Below, piece by piece: positions 41,497 through 50,426 of a stretch of 64,000 bases of DNA. The stretch is taken from assembly GCA_977017645.1 (NCBI GenBank), contig OZ360237.1, positions 13,764,001-13,828,000 on the forward strand, in the 5' to 3' direction. Every line of letters begins with the position of its first letter. Position 1 is the first letter of the stretch. Made by a program: the position numbers and the translations under genes. Origin of the DNA: Torpedo marmorata (taxonomy: Eukaryota). The notes below the pieces were generated by a model that was not told where the DNA came from, made no database searches, and saw only the letters and a list, made by a program, of their open reading frames with translations.

Positions 41497-42314
41497 AAAG
41501 TAAATCACGAAAATCTGTAGACACCGTGGTTGAAGTGGATTCCACCACCAGACACATTTTTCCTTCTTCTCCCCTCTCGGCCTTCCGCAGGGACCACTCC
41601 CTCCGCGATTCCCCTGTGCCCGCAGGAGGGGCAACACCTGCGCCCTCACCTCCCCCCTCACCACGGTCCGGGGCCCCAAACAGGCCTTTCAAGTGAAGCT
41701 ACACTTCACTTGTACATCCAGAGAACTTATTTACTGCATCCGGTGCTCCCTTTGAGGCATTCTCTACATCGGAGAGACCGGTCGTAGATTGGGAGATCGC
41801 TTCGCTGAGCACCTCCTCTCCGTCCGCAACAACAGCGACCTCTCAGTAGCCAGCCATTTCAATTCTGAGTCACACTCCCACACTCACATGTCTGTCCATG
41901 GCCTTGTGTACTATCCCACCCAGACCACCTGCAAATTGGAGGAACAACATCTCATTTTCCGTCTGGGCACTCTCTAGCCAGATGGCATTAACGTTGACTT
42001 TTCTACTTTCCACTAAACCTGCTTGCCTTTTCCTTCCCCTCCCCCCTTACCTGTCCTTCCAGTTTTTTTCAACCCACCCAGCCATCCCTCCTCCCCCTCT
42101 TTGCTGCTGTCCCCTCCCTCCTTTCTCCACCTATCATCTCCTGCCTTTGCCACCCCCCCCCTTCCCCCCCTCACTCTTTTGTTCGGACGCCTGCCGGCAT
42201 TTTCTCATACTTTGATGAAGGGCTCAAGCCCGAAACGTCGGTTATGTATTTCTACCTTTGCTACATAAAAGACACTGTTTGACCTGCTGAGTTTCTCCAG
42301 CATCTGTTTTTTTT
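41497..42314 (+). mobile_element. 5'-truncated Penelope-like element (GIY-YIG remnant) with short inverted terminal piece at its 5' end
   Basis: YIGETGRRLGDRFAEH...VASHFN...EEQHLIFRLGTL; flanking duplication acttatggcatagg. Confidence 0.9.
42206..42246 (+). ncRNA. Minimal hammerhead ribozyme motif in Penelope terminus (second copy 58804-58844 on -)
   Basis: UUGAUGA-A-GGGC(UCAA)GCCC-GAAAC-GUC with imperfect stem I; Penelope elements are known to carry minimal hammerheads. Confidence 0.7.
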
Positions 42315-42727
42315 ACTTATGGCATAGGGATTGCTTAAGGTGGAATGTGAGTTTAGGGGGGCAGTTTGAAAACCACTGCTCTACATGGTCTTCCAGAAAG
42401 GATTTGAACTTTGGAAGGATGAAGAGGAAAAGGAAATTAATAGGAGAACCCAGGGAGTACTGAGAAACAGGGACCTTGGTTATTAGTTCAAGGATCCCCA
42501 AAGTTGGCAGTAGAGATAGAAAAGGTAGTGAAGAAGGCATACGGGATGCAAGCCTTCATTACCCAGGACATAGAATATAAAGCAGGATGGGTACGGTCAA
42601 CTTTATGAAGCACTAACATGGCCAAAGCTGGAGTGCTGTGTAGAGTTCTGTTGATCACACTACTGTAAGGATTCAATTGGGCTGGAGAGAGTGCATGGGA
42701 TGGAGCATCTTACTTGCAAGAGACTGA

Positions 42728-43415
42728 CTTACATAAGAACATAAGATATAGGAGCAAGAGTAGGCCATTCGTCCTGTTGAGCCTGCTCCTACATTCAATG
42801 AGATCATGGCTGATCTGATGATAGGCTCATCTCTACCTGCCTGTCTTTTCCCCATATCCCTTAATTCCCCTCCTATGTAAAAATCTATCCAACCTTTTCT
42901 TAAATATACCGGTATTTACTGAGGTACTCTTCACTGCTTCAATGGGCAGTGAATTCTATAGATTCACCACCCTCTGGGAAAAGCAGTTCCTCCTCATCTC
43001 CGTCCTAAATCTACTACCCTGAATCTTGAGGCTATGCCTCCTAGCTCTAGTCTCCCCCGTCAATGGAAACAGCTTACTTACCTCTATCTTATAGAAACGT
43101 ATAAAATTATGAAAGGCAAAGATAAGATCCCCTCTCATTCTTCTAAATTCCAGTGAGTACAGTCCCAGACGACTCAATCTCTCCTCGTAGGCTAAACCCC
43201 TCATCTCTGGAATCAACCTGGTGAACCTCCTCTGCACTGCCTCCAAAGCCAGTACATCCTTCCTCAAGAAAGGAGACCAGAACTGCACTCAGTACTCCAA
43301 ATGCGGCCTCACCAGTACCTTGTACAGTTGCAGCATAACCTCCCTGCTCCTAAATTAAATCCTTCTAGCAATGAAGGCCAACATTCCATTTGCCTTCTTG
43401 ATAGCCTGCTGCACC
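42728..43415 (-). mobile_element. CR1 3' fragment inserted into an older + strand CR1
   Basis: QFWSPFLRKD...YSLEFRRMRGDL; (cataagaa)n tail. Confidence 0.85.
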
Positions 43416-44094
43416 TTGGCTGGGTTTACCTTGGTACAGAGGAGGTGGAGCAGGTTATTGAGGTATACATATAAATCAGAACAATATAGAGAGAGCAAAT
43501 GGTAGGGATCCTTACACCACCATGTCAAAACTGAAGATATATGTTTAGAAAAAGGAGGAAGTGATTTAGAAGAGATCTGAGGAAGATTTCTTTTCCACCT
43601 GGAGGATAGCTGGAATGTAAATACATGTCTGAGAGGCTGGTGGAAAGCAGGGACTCCCAAAACACAAAGTATTTCGATTGCCTTGGCATAAAAAGCCATA
43701 GACCAAGTGCTGGTAAATGAGATGAGTGTAGATGGGCAATTGGTGGTTGGCATGGACACTACTTAACCAACCCATATCTTTTCTGAGAGTCCTTAACCCT
43801 TCTTGACAACTTACCTCATACCTATCTGTGTACAATCCACAAATTTATCAATTATATATTTGGTTCCTTCATCCAAACTATTTATAATAATTGTAAAAAG
43901 TTGAGCCCCAACACTGATCACATGTTACAACTTCAACCAGAAAAAGCCCATTTTATGCACTCTTCTATTAGCCAGCCAAAGTTCCATCCATGCCAGTATG
44001 TTGTCTCCTAACCAACACCATGAGCTTTTACTATTCACAATCATCTTTGAAGCAGCACTGTAAGAGCCGTAGGCTCGTTAACTTACCATTGTTG

Positions 44095-44371
44095 CGGCGC
44101 TCCGATGTCTCGTCGGGCCTTGGAGCGCTCGCGTAGTTCGGTGGGCCGTCCTCGGAGCGCTCCTAGGCCACGTCGGGCCATTGAGCGCTCGCGTTGTTCG
44201 CTGGGCCGTCCTCGGAGCGCTCCGAGGCCACGTCGGGCCTTGGAGCGCTTGCGTTGTTCTGTGGGCCGTCGTCGGCCCGTTCTTTGATATGCGCATGCGC
44301 GGGAGTGCCGACGGGCGCATGCGCAGTATGGAGTGACGTCATTGTGCGCGTGGGAGGCTGGGAGTTGTAGT
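44095..44371 (+). promoter_or_regulatory. LTR U3 CpG-rich promoter: 3 x 60-bp repeats, two NRF1-type sites, CRE, ZNF143/THAP11-type motif (duplicated in the 3' LTR)
   Basis: GCGCATGCGC at 44291-44300 and 44315-44324; TGACGTCA 44334-44341; ACTACAACTCCCAGC on the reverse strand at 44357-44371. Confidence 0.7.
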
Positions 44372-45195
44372 ATGCGCGGGGTAGGATGCGCAGAGCCATT
44401 AGAGAGAGATAGAGAAGGAAAGGAAAAGATGTATGGAGGGTGAGTCTGGTCTCCACATCTTTATTGACCGTTTTATATCGTTTTATAATGTTTTTATAAC
44501 TTCAACATCATCTACAGTGTTTCATATCGTTTTGGAATTGTTTAAGGAATAATTTAAAGGAACTCATCATACATCGTTTACAATAACTGTTTATATTAAA
44601 GTCATTGAAGATTACTGCAAGTCATGTGTGAAAATAAAGGTTTTGAACATATTGGACTTTGTTAGTAAATTAATTAAAACGCGTCAAAAGCAAGGACCAC
44701 ACTTAGCCTCCAGGTGACTATTGGTGGAGCGAAGTCACCGTTACTTATAGTCAATAAAGGGCTGGCTGTTTGGAACAGAAGTTTGAAAGAAAGAAGATAG
44801 AAAAAACTCTCTGTGCTTTGGACTGATATAAATTGGTGGCCATTTTGGAGTTGCCTCGAGTTGGGGGCAGTTTGTAATCCACATCCATCTGCCATGAATA
44901 ACAGCCAGAGAGGGATTTAAAGCTTCAAATCTTATAATAAAGTGTCCTATAAATACGTTGGAGAAACTATTTTTGGAAAATCAGTGATATTAGTGACGGA
45001 TGTTGTGGTTGAAACTCGTTTAAGGATTGCAGCACATTACAGTCATTAGAAGTGGTAGGCATAAGTCTGTGGACTCCTTCTGTGTATCTTTAGCAAGTAA
45101 GAACACAGATTGGAATTGCTGCCGCTGGTCCATTGGGGACTGTTGTTTGACTAGTGTTGTGTATGCTTGAAGGAAAGAGGAACAAGACGAGTAAA

Positions 45196-48100
45196 ATGGC
45201 CGCAGCAGCCACTGATACAGCAGCTACTGATTTATCAGCAGCTGACGCAGCAACCGCTGATGTTGCTGTTGAGGACCAACGTATTGAAGACATGAAGGTT
45301 GCGGATATTAAAGAAGAATTGAAGCGACTGAAAAAGGACATAAGTGGAAATAAAAAGGTTCTTATTGAAAGATTGAAGCAGGCAAAGGATGAAGAGGCAG
45401 CTTTATTAGTGGAACAAGAAGATAACTTGGAAATGGCTGAAATTGTATCAACAAATGATGAACAATTTGAATTGGATAAAGAGGTAAGTATGAAGACAAC
45501 ATATGAACTGCAGGACGAAATACAAGCAAGTGACAGTGTCTCAAATGCTGAAAGCAGGAGAAGCAAAAGAAGTTCTGGTTCGAGCTCCAGAGTTTCTCGT
45601 ATTTCAAGTTCTACATCGTCACGTACAAAGATTGAAGTTGACTTGGCCGCTCTTCTTGCACAACAAAAAACGCTTAAGGATAAATTTATATTAGAACAAG
45701 AAGAGGAACAACTAAGACAAAAGGAGGAGCAGCTAAGACAAAATGAGGAGCAGCTAAAGGAGCAGCTAAGACAAAATGAGGAGCAGCTAAAGGAGCAGCT
45801 AAGACAAAATGAGAAGAAGCTAAAGGAGCAGCTAAGACAAGAGGAGGAGCAGCTAAAGGAGCAGCTAAGACAAAAGGAGGAGCAGCTAAGACAAAATGAG
45901 AAGCAGCTAAAGGAGCAGCTAAGACAAAAGGAGGAGCAGCTAAGACGAGAGAAGGAGCAGCTAAGGCAGAGAAAAGAACTGCAGGAGCTGGAAGCAAACA
46001 TTGCTATTGCCAAGGCAAAAAAGAAAGCAACAGAAGGCTCAATGGTATCTGGTGCTAGCAGTAAATCATCTAAATTATCTGATAATAAAAGGTCATATTT
46101 AAAAAAGGAGTCACAGGAAAAGAAACCAACCAAAAGGATAGATATTTTAGAACCAAGGATACAAAACTTACATATACAAGGACAAACCTTTCAAGAGCAT
46201 ATTGGTATCGAGTCACATGTACCAATGATAACATCTGAAAGCAAAGCTGCGGATTGGGTTCGGTCGAACGAAGTAGCTTCTTTGTTATGTGAGTCAAGCA
46301 TCAGAAATATGGAAGAAACTATACCAGTAAGGTATCCAGATACATTGCATGCAACAAGAAACAGTGAACAGAGCAATGTATTGTCATCCAAGGAAAGACA
46401 AAATGAAATTGCTGCATCATTGTTTCAGTTACAGTCTCTCTCTTCTTTACCCAAGAAAGAGATACAAACTTTTGATGGTGATCCACTTCAATATCAATCG
46501 TTTATGAGATCTTTCAAACGCAATATTGAAGATAAATGCCAAGATCGAGATGAATGTCTTTATTATTTGGAAATGTTCACAAAGGGACATCCAAAAGAAC
46601 TGGTTAAAAGTTGTAACCAAATGTCTTCAGGAAGAGGATTAGACAAAGCTAAGGCTTTATTGGAACAATATTTTGGCAACAAACATCGAATTGCTTTAGC
46701 TTATATGGATAAAGCTCTTAAATGGACATCAATAAAACAAAATGATGTAAAGGCTTTGCAAGAATATACTTTGTTTTTAAGAGGATGTTGTAATGCTATG
46801 GAAGAAATCGATGGTATTCGTGAGCTTGATGTGCATAGTAATATGCGAATCATTTTAGAAAAATTACCTTACAAGGTATGGGATAGATGGAGAAATTTGG
46901 CTTGTGATTTACAAGTAAATTATGGTCGAAGAATTACTTTAAAGGATTTGGTAAATTTTCTTGAACGACAAGTGTATGTTGAAACAGATCCACTATATGG
47001 AAATACCAGAGATAATTCAATGAGCAAAGATGTAAGGAAGTCTAATTCACAGTCTAGTCCGAAAGTGAAAAGGAGTACTTTTGCTACTAATGTGCAAGTT
47101 ATAAGTAAAGAAAAGGACAAAATAAATAAGGAAAAGGAAAGTTTGCCTAATGAAAAGAGTTGTTTGTTCTGTAAAGGTGGACATGCTTTGGAAATGTGTT
47201 TACAATTGGAAAGGAAGGAACATAAAGAAAGGATCGCTTTCTTAAAGGAAAATGGAATATGTTTTAGCTGTCTGTGTAAAGGGCACATCAGTAAAAACTG
47301 CGAGAAGCAAATTAATTGTGACATATGCAATTTTAAACATCCTAGAATTTTGCATGTCCATAACAGAAACAAGGAATTGGAAAAGGAGCAAACAGAAACA
47401 AAGGAAACAACAGAAAATAATGTTATAACCTCGGTTCAGACAAGTGGTCTTACTGGGGCCGGGGTGAATAACTGCAAACTTTCAATAGTGCCTGTACAAG
47501 TTAAGGCCAAGAAAGGGGATGCAATAGTAAAAACATATGCATTTCTAGACCCAGGTAGCACTGCATCTTTTTGCACGGAAGGACTAATGAATAAACTTAA
47601 TATTCAAGGAAGAAAATCAAGAATTATGTTAAAAACCATGGGACAAGAAAAGGTTGTTGAAACTAACATTGTTTCAGGCTTAGAGGTTGCTGGATTGGAT
47701 GACAAAAAATTTTGTGATCTTCCAAGTGTATATACTCAGAAGACTATGCCTGTGAACGAAGGAAATATTCCTCATCAAAGTGATATCCATCATTTAGCTT
47801 ATCTGTGGAAGGTTTATTTACCTGAAATTAATTCTGAGATAGAAATGCTGATTGGTTCAGATGTGCCAAAGGTTTTGGTACCAAAAGAAGTAATAGAAAG
47901 TAAAAGGAATGGACCTTACGCTATTAGAACCATACTTGGTTGGGCAATCAATGGACCAATGGAAAGAAATAATGATATTGCTCAGGCACAGGTAGCGATA
48001 AATGTTAATAAAATTTCAATTGAGAAAGTTGAAGAGTTAAGAGAAGAGCAAAAAACCGTGAATAAGAAAATCACTTATGAAGAAAAGAAAACAGATCAAT

Positions 48101-48942
48101 GTGAAAATAAATCAATGGTATTTAAAACAACATTGAAGGAATTAATTTCGTCAGAAATGGATGAAAGTGAAGTGTTAGAGGATGAAAGTGAAGTATTAAA
48201 AGATGTTGCAAATAATACTATTGATCATTCATGTGTAATTGAATCAGATACAGGAATAAAACAAGTGACTGAAAACAAATCTGAATGTAGATTTTGTAGT
48301 TCAGAGATTACAACAGACAAAGCTAATGAAGAAATATTACAATGTGATGTAAAACTGGAAAACACAGAAAATTGTGCTGATGGAATAAAGAATAATGTGA
48401 ATGATAATTCAATGCAATTGAATCCAGAGAACAAAATGTTGAAAGGGGAATTGGAAATATTAGATAATCAAGAAAACAGTAAACAGAAAGATTTAATTGT
48501 AAGTAAAACTCGCAAAGTCAGAAAGCAGAAGAAAAGAATAACTGCTGAAGAAATGAATACAGTTATCGAAGAAAGAGATTCAGCATTATCAAAATGTAAA
48601 AGGTTGGAGGAAGAGATTAATGTTTTAAAAGAGAACAAGTTATTGGTTAATAACACAAAACAGTTGACTTTAAAAACCAATCAAGAATGTAAATTGAATG
48701 TTCAACAATTAACAATGCAGAAAGAATGTGATATTGCATTGCAGAAATGTAACAAACAAGATGAAGAAATAAAAAAATTTCAAGTTTGTCGCGACAGGAT
48801 TGACAATAGAAATATCAATGTACTATATGATATTTTGACTTCAGATCAAATTATTAATTTCTCGGAAGGAGCTGAGACTGAATTGAAAGTTGCAAAATTG
48901 GATTTAGAATTGCAGGAAAGAGCCATAGAAACCAGTGGTTAA
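45196..48942 (+). CDS. Intact ~1248-aa chimeric Gag-protease: SAP domain, coiled-coil repeats, BEL Gag, zinc knuckles, aspartic protease, host-like coiled-coil tail
   Basis: Uninterrupted ORF; likely start aaaATGg at 45196; CLFCKGGHALEMC / CFSCLCKGHISKNC / CDICNFKHPRILH; no RT YxDD or integrase DDE seen. Confidence 0.88.
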   Translation: MAAAATDTAATDLSAADAATADVAVEDQRIEDMKVADIKEELKRLKKDISGNKKVLIERLKQAKDEEAALLVEQEDNLEMAEIVSTNDEQFELDKEVSMKTTYELQDEIQASDSVSNAESRRSKRSSGSSSRVSRISSSTSSRTKIEVDLAALLAQQKTLKDKFILEQEEEQLRQKEEQLRQNEEQLKEQLRQNEEQLKEQLRQNEKKLKEQLRQEEEQLKEQLRQKEEQLRQNEKQLKEQLRQKEEQLRREKEQLRQRKELQELEANIAIAKAKKKATEGSMVSGASSKSSKLSDNKRSYLKKESQEKKPTKRIDILEPRIQNLHIQGQTFQEHIGIESHVPMITSESKAADWVRSNEVASLLCESSIRNMEETIPVRYPDTLHATRNSEQSNVLSSKERQNEIAASLFQLQSLSSLPKKEIQTFDGDPLQYQSFMRSFKRNIEDKCQDRDECLYYLEMFTKGHPKELVKSCNQMSSGRGLDKAKALLEQYFGNKHRIALAYMDKALKWTSIKQNDVKALQEYTLFLRGCCNAMEEIDGIRELDVHSNMRIILEKLPYKVWDRWRNLACDLQVNYGRRITLKDLVNFLERQVYVETDPLYGNTRDNSMSKDVRKSNSQSSPKVKRSTFATNVQVISKEKDKINKEKESLPNEKSCLFCKGGHALEMCLQLERKEHKERIAFLKENGICFSCLCKGHISKNCEKQINCDICNFKHPRILHVHNRNKELEKEQTETKETTENNVITSVQTSGLTGAGVNNCKLSIVPVQVKAKKGDAIVKTYAFLDPGSTASFCTEGLMNKLNIQGRKSRIMLKTMGQEKVVETNIVSGLEVAGLDDKKFCDLPSVYTQKTMPVNEGNIPHQSDIHHLAYLWKVYLPEINSEIEMLIGSDVPKVLVPKEVIESKRNGPYAIRTILGWAINGPMERNNDIAQAQVAINVNKISIEKVEELREEQKTVNKKITYEEKKTDQCENKSMVFKTTLKELISSEMDESEVLEDESEVLKDVANNTIDHSCVIESDTGIKQVTENKSECRFCSSEITTDKANEEILQCDVKLENTENCADGIKNNVNDNSMQLNPENKMLKGELEILDNQENSKQKDLIVSKTRKVRKQKKRITAEEMNTVIEERDSALSKCKRLEEEINVLKENKLLVNNTKQLTLKTNQECKLNVQQLTMQKECDIALQKCNKQDEEIKKFQVCRDRIDNRNINVLYDILTSDQIINFSEGAETELKVAKLDLELQERAIETSG

Positions 48943-50426
48943 ACAGACCTGTTTAAAATCGAAAGAATCAGATAAATATTCAAATTCTAATTCTAAGAGT
49001 TTAAATTCTTCACATGAGAAGTGGAATACTGAAGAAAGGAATAAAGTGAAACGACGTGCTGAAGAAGTGCCTTGTGTTAAATTCAAAAGAAAAACTGTAT
49101 CTATTTTATCTGAGGAGGATTTGAGGTTTACTGGTTAACGTTTTGACTCGGATTGTGAAGATGGAAGAACTTTAAAGAGACATTGTGATTGTTATGGATG
49201 GTTCAACTTCAAGAAATTCCTGGTTACTTGGAAAAGATTATTGAGACTTTTCAAGACAAAGAGGACTTGTGCGTCAAGTGCGAATTAAAGCTAAGACTGG
49301 TTTTCTAAACAGACCTATTAACCAGGTCTGTCTTTTGTTGGAGACAGAGGAACTTTGATAAATAGAAACTGACTTTATTTGTTATTGTATATTTCACAGG
49401 TTACAGACTTTTGTTGAATCAGAGTTATGGTAAACTCTAGATTTATGAAGAAGGAAGAAAGAAGATTTGTATTGTTTTGAATGTTATGGTTATTATTATT
49501 TATAGTGTAATTATTATTCAAGACATTACGTCTAATTATAATAATTAGGGGCCGGTGTAAGAGCCGTAGGCTCGTTAACTTACCATTGTTGCGGCGCTCC
49601 GATGTCTCGTCGGGCCTTGGAGCGCTCGCGTAGTTCGGTGGGCCGTCCTCGGAGCGCTCCTAGGCCACGTCGGGCCATTGAGCGCTCGCGTTGTTCGCTG
49701 GGCCGTCCTCGGAGCGCTCCGAGGCCACGTCGGGCCTTGGAGCGCTTGCGTTGTTCTGTGGGCCGTCGTCGGCCCGTTCTTTGATATGCGCATGCGCGGG
49801 AGTGCCGACGGGCGCATGCGCAGTATGGAGTGACGTCATTGTGCGCGTGGGAGGCTGGGAGTTGTAGTATGCGCGGGGTAGGATGCGCAGAGCCATTAGA
49901 GAGAGATAGAGAAGGAAAGGAAAAGATGTATGGAGGGTGAGTCTGGTCTCCACATCTTTATTGACCGTTTTATATCGTTTTATAATGTTTTTATAACTTC
50001 AACATCATCTACAGTGTTTCATATCGTTTTGGAATTGTTTAAGGAATAATTTAAAGGAACTCATCATACATCGTTTACAATAACTGTTTATATTAAAGTC
50101 ATTGAAGATTACTGCAAGTCATGTGTGAAAATAAAGGTTTTGAACATATTGGACTTTGTTAGTAAATTAATTAAAACGCGTCAAAAGCAAGGACCACACT
50201 TAGCCTCCAGGTGACTATTGGTGGAGCGAAGTCACCGTTACTTATACTTATCAAATGCTTTCTGGAAATCTTATTGTAGTACATCAACTGGTTCCATTTA
50301 TCCACAGAATTTACTTCAAAGTAGTACAACAAAGAAAATCAAGCACAATTTCCCTTTCATTAAACTCTGTTTAATCTTGCTGAATACCTTGAATTTTTCT
50401 AGTACCTTGCTGTAACTTTGCTAATT

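Larger units (their letters stand above)
41172..42378. mobile_element. Composite hAT (Charlie-type) MITE carrying a Penelope insertion
   Basis: TIR cagtggttttcaaactgccccc; 8-bp TSD ctctacat at 41164-41171 and 42379-42386. Confidence 0.9.
44059..50246 (+). mobile_element. Young non-autonomous BEL/Pao LTR retrotransposon (LTRs 44059-44749 and 49556-50246)
   Basis: Two 691-bp LTRs with no difference seen by eye; PPT ttaggggccgg; triple Cys-His Gag, FLDPGS protease; frameshifted C-terminal pol remnant (GLVRQVRIK...RPINQVCLL) at ~49175-49357. Confidence 0.95.

Noticed and set aside
44095-44280. Palindromic 60-bp repeats as a CRISPR array
   Set aside because: No unique spacers; eukaryotic LTR tandem repeat.
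45090-46133. 347-aa Ser/Cys/Phe-rich minus-strand ORF
   Set aside because: Antisense shadow of the Gag coiled-coil repeats.
45196-48942. Domesticated host gene
   Set aside because: Flanked by apparently identical LTRs and a PPT, indicating a recent mobile insertion.
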